The notes under the pieces were generated by a model that saw nothing but the letters and a program-made list of their open reading frames with translations, ran no database searches and had not been told where the DNA came from. A program made the translations under genes and the position numbers. Shown in pieces: positions 36,201 through 43,331 of a DNA stretch of 64,000 bases. Numbering within the stretch: position 1 is the first letter of the stretch; the number at the start of each line of letters is the position of its first letter. The DNA is taken from contig QPMI01000610.1 of assembly GCA_004431415.1 (NCBI GenBank), forward strand, positions 1 to 64,000, read 5' to 3'. The DNA comes from Cyanophora paradoxa CCMP329 (Eukaryota; Plantae; Glaucophyta).

Positions 36201-36495
36201 GTACTTCATGATGGGGAAGATCTACAAGAAGCTGAACAGGCCGGAGCTGGCCATGCGGTGCCCCCGGCCGGCCTGCTTCGCGTCCGATCCTCGCGCCCCT
36301 GAGCTCGCCTCCGGGCAGGCACCTGATGCTGGCCCTGGACCTCGACCCCAAGGACGGCAACATGATCAAGGCCGCCATCGAGAAGGCCCGCCCGCCCCGC
36401 CGCCCCGCCCGCCCGCCCGCCCGCCCCCCCGGCCCCTCGTGCGAGGCCGCCCGCAGATCAGCATCCCGGAGAACGACGAGGAGGAGGAGATCTGA
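33208..36495 (+). CDS. CDC27: Anaphase-promoting complex subunit APC3/CDC27 (TPR)
   Basis: NAVFLAERL, LANCYLR..YRAY, YLFAQCC, NPFLWSAYEALCTLG, GMETYSTILWH, SWCVLGNCFSLQREHETALKFFQRAIQVDPQFTYAYTLAGHEY, RHYNAWYGLG and LDLDPK..NMIKAAIEK. Confidence 0.95.
34880..34937 (+). repeat. (CCTTT)n microsatellite in a CDC27 intron
   Basis: ccctttcctttccttccctttcctttcc... seen directly. Confidence 0.8.
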
Positions 36496-36683
36496 GCGGC
36501 CGGGCCGCCCCGCGCCCGCCCCTGCCTCCCCCCCATGCGCGTGCCTTGCCGCGCTGCCGCGCGTGTCCCGCGTGTGTTCCTCAAGGAGGAAAATGGATCG
36601 CGCAGCACAAGTACAGTTGCACCGCAAAAAGCGTTTTGTTCCGTATACAAGCTTCAACGACAGTCCGGCGAGCGCCCCGAGCC

Positions 36684-37084
36684 TAGAGGAGCGGGGCGTG
36701 GCGGTCGGCAAGGGCCGCCAGGTCCGAGAAGGCGGCCTCCTCGCCCTCCGCCCCGAGCGCCTCCACCAGCTGCAGCGCGCCCTCCTCCCCCTCCCGGCCC
36801 CGCCGCCCGTTAACGTTGGGGGGGCGCGCGGGGCGACGGGGGCTCGGATGCAATTAATTGCAAGGGGCGCGGCGGACCTCGGCGGCGGGGGAGCTTGAGG
36901 CGTCGTCGGCCGCTGAGCGGGGAAGCCGCAGCTGCAGTCGGCGCCGCCGAGCGAGTAGGCGACGTAGCCGTCGACGTCGGACTCGGTCGGAGTCGACGAG
37001 GCTCGCGTCCCCGCGTCGAGGTGCATTAAAGGAATCCATTGGTTCCGCCGCCGTATACGCAACGGAAACCTCTGGCTTTCTCAT
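36684..37084 (-). CDS. Small hypothetical two-exon protein
   Basis: MRKPEVSVAY...SSPAAE followed by a GT donor, and a coding-like terminal exon ALQLVEALGAEGEEAAFSDLAALADRHAPLL*. The acceptor is unclear. Confidence 0.3.
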
Positions 37085-37121
37085 GATCACTAGTACTGAT
37101 TCACGTCGGAGCTTTGTTTAT

Positions 37122-37250
37122 TATTGAATATGCGAGCGAACGCGTAGCATATGACTTTGTATGCCTGCCACTCTGTAAGCAGCCTTGATTCTATACAATG
37201 ATTGTTAGGGGTACAACCTTCAGTCTTCTTTCGCGCGAAGCAGTGAAGAT
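37122..37250 (+). repeat. Split direct repeat A1 (129 bp)
   Basis: Identical to 39207-39335. Confidence 0.95.
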
Positions 37251-38385
37251 GTGTCGCGTGGCTCGTCGTGGGAGGGGCCCTAGCTGGGCCCCTCTGGTGG
37301 TCACACTTGTTCTCGTCGTCGTCGTTTTCAGCTTCTTGGCGGCCTGCGCGGAGGCGGGGTCGAACAAGAAGGGCAAGTCTTCCGCAACGGGCTCCCGCAA
37401 GACAGCCCGTCCGCGGCCGACCGCATCCGCCCAGCCACGAGCTCGCCGTTCCACGCGTGTGACCGAGGCGGCGGACTCCGGCGGCGAGGACAACGGTTCG
37501 GCGCCTACTCCAACGCCAAGTGGCCGTCAGTCAACCAGCAACAAGCGCAAGGCGCCAGCCGCCCCGGCAGTCGAAAACCGCACCAGTGACGGCGTTCCGG
37601 ATCCGGAGCCATTTTCCGAGGACGAGGAGGATGTGATTGCCGGCGTGCAGCGTCGTGAGCAGTTCGGCGGTGCAGCCACACGAGAGGAAGCTCTTGCCGC
37701 ACAGATGTTCCCGAATCTCGAGGTGCCGGTTCCCGACCAGCCAGGACCCAGCCGGCACACTCGGCACCGCCGCGGCCCGGTTCCCGTCGTCAACGCCACA
37801 ACAGCCCCTGCCGGTGAGCTTAATGAGTACATTAAGAAGCAGATTCAGCAAGGCATAGACCGAGGGGTAGAGTCCATCCGTGAGCACCAGCATCAAATCG
37901 CTCAGGAGCAGCAGCGCGAACAGCATGAAGCGATGCAGCTTAAGAATACCTGGCTTCGGGAGTTTGCGTTCCAGCTGATACAGCTGCGTTTCCAGCTCAA
38001 GGGGCTCCTCTCGTGTGTCGCCTGTGCAGCAACCCTCAAAGCGTCTTTGAAGCAGCTCGAGGAGCTTAAGAAGAAGATAGATATCCGCGACAAAGGCGGC
38101 GATAAGACAGCCGAGGCGCTCGCAGCTGTGCCGGAGGAGCACCGCGCACAGACCGCGTCGATGGCGTACGCGCTTCGTGTGGCTGGCGTCGGCGCCGGTA
38201 ATTCGTATGCACCAGCTGAGCGCCAGCCGTCTAGCTATCGGCCCCCGCAGCGGCAGCGCGTCGAACGCGAGCAGGCGCCCACCGCCCAGCGGAACGGCGG
38301 CGCTTGCTTTAGGTGCAACCAGCACGGCCACCATGTGAAGGATTGCACCAACCCGCCGCGCCCGGATTGGCGCGAGAAGAAGTAG
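37198..38385 (+). CDS. gag: Gag-like ORF1 with C-terminal CCHC zinc knuckle and N-terminal hydrophobic segment
   Basis: CFRCNQHGHHVKDC, a coiled-coil middle region, and WAPLVVTLVLVVVVFSFLAACAEA near the N-terminus. A second ATG lies at 37249. Confidence 0.85.
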   Translation: MIVRGTTFSLLSREAVKMCRVARRGRGPSWAPLVVTLVLVVVVFSFLAACAEAGSNKKGKSSATGSRKTARPRPTASAQPRARRSTRVTEAADSGGEDNGSAPTPTPSGRQSTSNKRKAPAAPAVENRTSDGVPDPEPFSEDEEDVIAGVQRREQFGGAATREEALAAQMFPNLEVPVPDQPGPSRHTRHRRGPVPVVNATTAPAGELNEYIKKQIQQGIDRGVESIREHQHQIAQEQQREQHEAMQLKNTWLREFAFQLIQLRFQLKGLLSCVACAATLKASLKQLEELKKKIDIRDKGGDKTAEALAAVPEEHRAQTASMAYALRVAGVGAGNSYAPAERQPSSYRPPQRQRVEREQAPTAQRNGGACFRCNQHGHHVKDCTNPPRPDWREKK

Positions 38386-39145
38386 GCGGCTTCCTGTGCC
38401 CAGCCTTTCGGGCGCAGCTGTAGAGTGCTAGGATTTTCGTTTTCGTGTGGCCCCAGACTTGGGCATGTGCATGTGCTCGTAGCTGTGCTGTGCTGTGTGT
38501 GTGCCATGAAGGAATAAATCTGGGCTTTCTTATGTGTGTTTGAGCTTGCATTGCATGTGTGGTGATGGGTCTGTGGTGAACACTAGCTTGGCAATTGCAA
38601 TGTGCATGACCTTGTGATCGTTTCAAATTTGCCATAGTTTACAAGGCCTTGTAACTACGAATTTTGCGTAAGCTTTGAGCATCACAACTTTGTGGGCCAT
38701 AAGTGCCACCTGGATGACTCCAACCTGGTGCGAGCCCCAGCCAATCCCCAACAGCCTGACCTCTTCTCGTCCTAGGTCACATCAGGCTGCGGTCGAGTTG
38801 CCGAGTTCCTGGCCAGCAACGGCCATCTCGTGTGTCGCTATCGCGCGCTGGGTGCTCAGATCTAATCATTTGGTATCGCAGGTGTGGAGGAAATCATCTC
38901 TTGGTATTCAGGTGTGTCTCCCAATTTCCTATTCTGTTCCGCAGGTTGGCGCATTCATCCAGAGGTGTGCATGCTGGACAAGTTTTGAAGCATTCAAGAG
39001 AACAAGTTGTGTACTTGCATGAGTCCATATGTGTGTGCTGTGCATGCTGTGATGTGCCTTCATTCAAGAACTTCGCGCATCCACCGTGGAGGTGAACGTC
39101 AGGTGTTGTGACAAGTTCGTACCTGTGACACGCTCACTATTAAAA

Positions 39146-39335
39146 ACTTCATGATCAGACTTGGCTTAGAATTGCTTAGAAGCAAGGCTGCTTGTGGCAG
39201 GCATACTATTGAATATGCGAGCGAACGCGTAGCATATGACTTTGTATGCCTGCCACTCTGTAAGCAGCCTTGATTCTATACAATGATTGTTAGGGGTACA
39301 ACCTTCAGTCTTCTTTCGCGCGAAGCAGTGAAGAT
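39146..39335 (+). repeat. Internal B1-A2 junction (circle-junction copy)
   Basis: The 62-bp B (identical to 42922-42983) is fused through a shared T to the 129-bp A (identical to 37122-37250). Confidence 0.95.
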
Positions 39336-39512
39336 TCCTTACCTTCGCGTGTCACAGCCGCCCTCCAGCGTACCAGCTCCAGCTCCAACTCAGCTCCAGC
39401 TGCAGCTTGAGCCAGACTCAACTGCAGCTCAGCCTGTCAGCTCGTGTCGTTGATAAGATGTGGCGACAATTTAAGGCCTCAAGCCCACTTCCCATGCGCT
39501 TGTGACTTTTAG

Positions 39513-41423
39513 CCACCAGGTTCTTTTGTGGCGTCCTGCATCCGTGAGGCCTGGTCCCAGTGGAAGGAGATTGGTGCCAACTATGTGGTGTTGTCATGGA
39601 TACGTGACGGTTTCCCGCTGACTGGGGCCCGCAATCTGCCACCGGAGCATCGGTGTAATCACAAGTCTGCAGCCGAGGATCACAGGGATTTTGTGCGGAC
39701 GGAAATTCAGAAACTCTTGCGCACCGGGGCCATTCGTGAAGTCCAACAGCACGAGGCGAACATTGTGTGCTCCTTGTCCGTGGTCCCGAAGAAGACTGGC
39801 TCCAAACTTCGTTTGATCTGGGACGGTCGACCCACCAATCAAGGTCTACCAGATCGGAAATTTCGATTTGAGACTCTTGAGCATGTGGCAGCAATGCTCC
39901 GTCAAGGGTGGTACATGTTCACCATTGACCTAGAGTCTGGCTATCACCACGTGCCAGTGGCGGAGCAAGATTGGCGCAACATGGGCTTCTCTTTTGACAG
40001 CAAGTACTATGTCTATACGGTTTTGCCCTTCGGCCTTCGACACTCGCCTTTTGCATTCGTCAAAATTATGCGGCAAGTGGTCAACTATTTCAGGAAACTG
40101 GGCATCTTTGTTGTCAACTATGTGGACGATTGGTGGTTTGCGGCTCCTACTTTCTTAGAGGCCTGTAAGCTGCGAGACTTTGTGCTGGCTACATTTAAAC
40201 GGCTTAAGTTGGTGGTCAACAGCAAGTCAGCGCTTACCCCATCTCAGTCAGTGGCTTTCCTGGGCTTCATTGTGGACTCGGCTCGCATGTTGTTTGAGGT
40301 TCCTGGCGACAAGCTGAGCAGACTACTTCAGCTGATCCGCAAGCTCCTACGCAAACACTCAGCGTCTGCCCGTGATATGGCAAAGGTGGCAGGCACCTTG
40401 GTATCCATGGCTCGTGGGCTTGCTCCAGCTCGCATCCGGACTCGTGCCTTGTTCCGGTACATCAATGTGGCGGCCCGGGAGTGGCACTGGAACCATCCTG
40501 TGCAGATTACTGATGAGACTCGGTCTGAGCTCCAGTGGTGGCTGGCCAACATACACAAGTACAACGGGCGCTGTCCGATTCGTCCTGAGCGGCTACTTGT
40601 GCTCACCACTGATGCTAGTCATCTTGGTGCTGGAGCTTGGATTACCACGCGGATCGGTGATGTACCTCCTGTGCTTTGTGCTCCTGGCCCGCCTCCATTC
40701 CAGTGCCTGTGGAACAGTGAGGAATCTCAGCGAATCTCTTCTTGGAGGGAGCTGCAAGCTGTGCTACGGGCTATGCAACACTATCAGTCTGTGCTTCAGA
40801 ATCAGAACATCTTGGTTCGATCGGACAACTCTGTGACAGTTGCTTATATCAACAATGGTGGCGGTCGTCATGCTTATTTGACGGAGATCGCTCGTCAGAT
40901 TTGGGACATTGCCTTGACAGGTTGTGTTAGCATTGAGGCCGAGCATATTCCAGGCATAGATAACGAGTGGTCAGATGCTCTTAGCAGGTACTTTTTTCCA
41001 GCAGACTATTCCCTTAAGCCGGTATATTTTGCTATGGTCAGCCGCATTTTAGGCCCTTTTGACGTGGACAGGATGGCCACAGCTGCCAATGCCCACCTTT
41101 CTCGATATTTCTCTGTAGATTTGCGTGATGCCCGTGCCGAAGGGCATGATTGCTTCACTGTGTCATGGCTTGGTGCTCGCAACTACGTGTTTCCGGATCC
41201 CAATGTGATCCTGCACGTGGTCTCTCATGTTAGACAGTGCAGAGCAGCTGCAGTCTTTGTCGTACCTGATTGGCCCTCCGCCCCATGGTGGCCCCAGCTT
41301 GAGCAGGCAAGGCAGGCTCCTGTGTTGTACTTGGGGCCTGCTTCAACCGTCTGCTTGCCAGGCCCTCGTTCTCCTGTTCTTCCGTCTTGGTCTCTTGTGG
41401 CTATTTCCGCAGCCTGGCAGTAG
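39513..41423 (+). CDS. pol: Reverse transcriptase-RNase H-adenine methyltransferase-like ORF
   Basis: KLRLIWDGR, FTIDLESGYHHV, VLPFGLRHSP, YVDDW; RNase H LTTDASHLGAG, WRELQAV, VRSDN, HIPGIDNEWSDALSR; MT-like DVDRMATAAN..YFS..W..NYVFPDP..VVPDWPSAPWWP. Confidence 0.95.
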   Translation, partial: PPGSFVASCIREAWSQWKEIGANYVVLSWIRDGFPLTGARNLPPEHRCNHKSAAEDHRDFVRTEIQKLLRTGAIREVQQHEANIVCSLSVVPKKTGSKLRLIWDGRPTNQGLPDRKFRFETLEHVAAMLRQGWYMFTIDLESGYHHVPVAEQDWRNMGFSFDSKYYVYTVLPFGLRHSPFAFVKIMRQVVNYFRKLGIFVVNYVDDWWFAAPTFLEACKLRDFVLATFKRLKLVVNSKSALTPSQSVAFLGFIVDSARMLFEVPGDKLSRLLQLIRKLLRKHSASARDMAKVAGTLVSMARGLAPARIRTRALFRYINVAAREWHWNHPVQITDETRSELQWWLANIHKYNGRCPIRPERLLVLTTDASHLGAGAWITTRIGDVPPVLCAPGPPPFQCLWNSEESQRISSWRELQAVLRAMQHYQSVLQNQNILVRSDNSVTVAYINNGGGRHAYLTEIARQIWDIALTGCVSIEAEHIPGIDNEWSDALSRYFFPADYSLKPVYFAMVSRILGPFDVDRMATAANAHLSRYFSVDLRDARAEGHDCFTVSWLGARNYVFPDPNVILHVVSHVRQCRAAAVFVVPDWPSAPWWPQLEQARQAPVLYLGPASTVCLPGPRSPVLPSWSLVAISAAWQ

Positions 41424-41451
41424 CACACAAATTAGCCATCTGCAAATATAA

Positions 41452-42510
41452 CGATTTCGCACCCGGGGCCCCTTCTTAGTCCTCGTACGCAGCTTGCCTG
41501 ACATTGCAATTGCTGCAGATGTGCTACTCCAGCGTGTCCATTACTACAGGGAGAACGCCATCGGTGATGGCACTCGTGGCATATACAATCGTTGGGTGCA
41601 ACTATACGAAGGTCATTGTGCGGTTCATGGCTTCCGCATCTGGCCCCCCGAGCCATCTGGTCTGGCTACGATGCTTGTTGCGCTGGCGGACGAGGAGTTC
41701 AGCGTTTCTGCTGTCAAGCAATGCTACTCTGCATTGGTTCATCAGACTGGCCTGCGCCTACAGCCTGCAACGGCGTTCGCGCACCCTCTGGTTCAACAAG
41801 CGCTGCAAGGAATTGTTCGTTTGTGTGGTCGTCGGGCCAAGCAGTCCAAGATCGTCACAGCTGTGCATTTGGAGGCAATCGCTCGTGCCTATCTGAAAGC
41901 TCCGTCAGCTAAGCTCTTGCGGGCCTTCGTCATGTTGCTTACTGGCTTCTTTGGCTTGCTCCGTCGTGGTGAACTCGTTGCTCTGCGTCGTCAAGACATC
42001 CAGATCCGTGCGGATCGCGTCGTTGTCTTCATCGTCGGCTCCAAGACCGATCGCGCTCGCCAAGGCGCTCAAGTTGTGCTGGGCACTGTCGCGCAGTCAG
42101 TGATCTGTCCGGTTCACTGGTTTCGAGCTTATTGGCTCACCATCCAAGACCTCGAGCCGGAGGCGCCGTTGTTTGGTCAACTCTTCCGACCTTCGCGGCC
42201 CCTCGCGCCCGCCTCCGTTGCATACGTGCTTCGCTTTGCCTTCGAGGCTGCTGGCTTAGATGCGACGGGGATCACGCCTCATGGGCTTCGTCGCGGTGGT
42301 GCTACGGCGCTAGCGGCTGCTGGTGTGCCCGAGGAGCTTGTGCAAGCAGTTGGCCGCTGGTCGCTCTTGTCTGACGTGTATCGTCGCTACATCGATTCTT
42401 CTGAGCGCCCGCCTCTGGCTGCGTTGATGGCAAGCCCTGGTTCTCGCTACGTGCCTCCATTGTCGTGTCGCCAGCAGGCTTCTACGCCCCTCTCGTCGCG
42501 GCGCAGCTAG
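41452..42510 (+). CDS. Tyrosine recombinase of the DIRS-type element
   Basis: FFGLLRRGEL (R), SKTD (K), HGLRRGGAT (H-x-x-R), GRW and YRRY (Tyr). Confidence 0.93.
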   Translation, partial: RFRTRGPFLVLVRSLPDIAIAADVLLQRVHYYRENAIGDGTRGIYNRWVQLYEGHCAVHGFRIWPPEPSGLATMLVALADEEFSVSAVKQCYSALVHQTGLRLQPATAFAHPLVQQALQGIVRLCGRRAKQSKIVTAVHLEAIARAYLKAPSAKLLRAFVMLLTGFFGLLRRGELVALRRQDIQIRADRVVVFIVGSKTDRARQGAQVVLGTVAQSVICPVHWFRAYWLTIQDLEPEAPLFGQLFRPSRPLAPASVAYVLRFAFEAAGLDATGITPHGLRRGGATALAAAGVPEELVQAVGRWSLLSDVYRRYIDSSERPPLAALMASPGSRYVPPLSCRQQASTPLSSRRS

Positions 42511-42921
42511 CTGTCCTTTTGTCTTAGTGTCTTCTTTCGCGTGTGCCGGCTTCGCCGGTGCTGGCTATGTCGCTCTGGGCCAGTGCAAGCTGCGCCTGAC
42601 GCTGTCTGTACACGCACGTGTTGCAAACTAGCCTTGTTTTGTGTACCCTTGCTGTCTGCTGCGTTCGCAGCGTCTGTGTCGGCATGTAGTACTTAGCTGC
42701 TGCGTTCGCAGCAGCTCTTCTCGTACCCCTTTTGTTGCAAATTAGCTTACCCCTTTTGTTGCAAATTAGCCCAACCTTATACCCTACATGTACACGTGTA
42801 CCCAGCTATATTTTCTGTACCCCTTGTCTGATGCCCCTTTTCCCTTGCAGCTTGCACTGTCCTGCGTGCGACGAGCCATGTGTCTGTCTTCGCTGCTTCG
42901 CCTACGCGAATCCAGACCTTC

Positions 42922-42983
42922 ACTTCATGATCAGACTTGGCTTAGAATTGCTTAGAAGCAAGGCTGCTTGTGGCAGGCATACT
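42922..42983 (+). repeat. Split direct repeat B2 (62 bp, right terminus)
   Basis: Identical to 39146-39207. Confidence 0.95.
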
Positions 42984-43331
42984 CAATTCGGAACCTTCGT
43001 TTTAGTAGTCGAGTTGGATCCCGGACTCGGCGGAGCTCGACTCTGCTGGAGCCGCATGCATCATTCGTCGAGCTTAAATTAAAAATCAAGCCTCCAGGCT
43101 AACATGAATCTCGCTCCCCTAGGCCTGGGCCCAGCCGCGTCGCGAGAACTGGCAGACTCGACGAGAAGCTTTAGCGGCCGCCGGGCAGCAGCAGCGCCCA
43201 GCCAGAAGCGCCTGGGCCTGGCCAAGCGGCGGATACCCCCCCTTGCCAAGACCCGCCAGCGGTGCGCAACACACAGCGGGCGCCGTCCCCGGCGCAGGCG
43301 GCGGGCGGCCCTGTGCGTTCAGTGAGTGCGT

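Larger units (their letters stand above)
37122..42983 (+). mobile_element. Full-length DIRS-order (PAT-like) tyrosine-recombinase retrotransposon
   Basis: Contains gag, RT/RNaseH/MT and YR ORFs. Split direct repeats: A1 37122-37250, B1 39146-39207, A2 39207-39335, B2 42922-42983. No TSD. GC is much lower than in host genes. Confidence 0.93.

Noticed and set aside
37122-39335. A1/A2 as LTRs of an LTR retrotransposon
   Set aside because: There are no TG..CA ends, TSD or integrase. The YR and the B repeats identify a DIRS-order element.
42650-42790. Short tandem duplications (gctgcgttcgcagc; ccttttgttgcaaattagc) in the element's 3' region
   Set aside because: These look like ordinary slippage repeats, with no further structure supportable.
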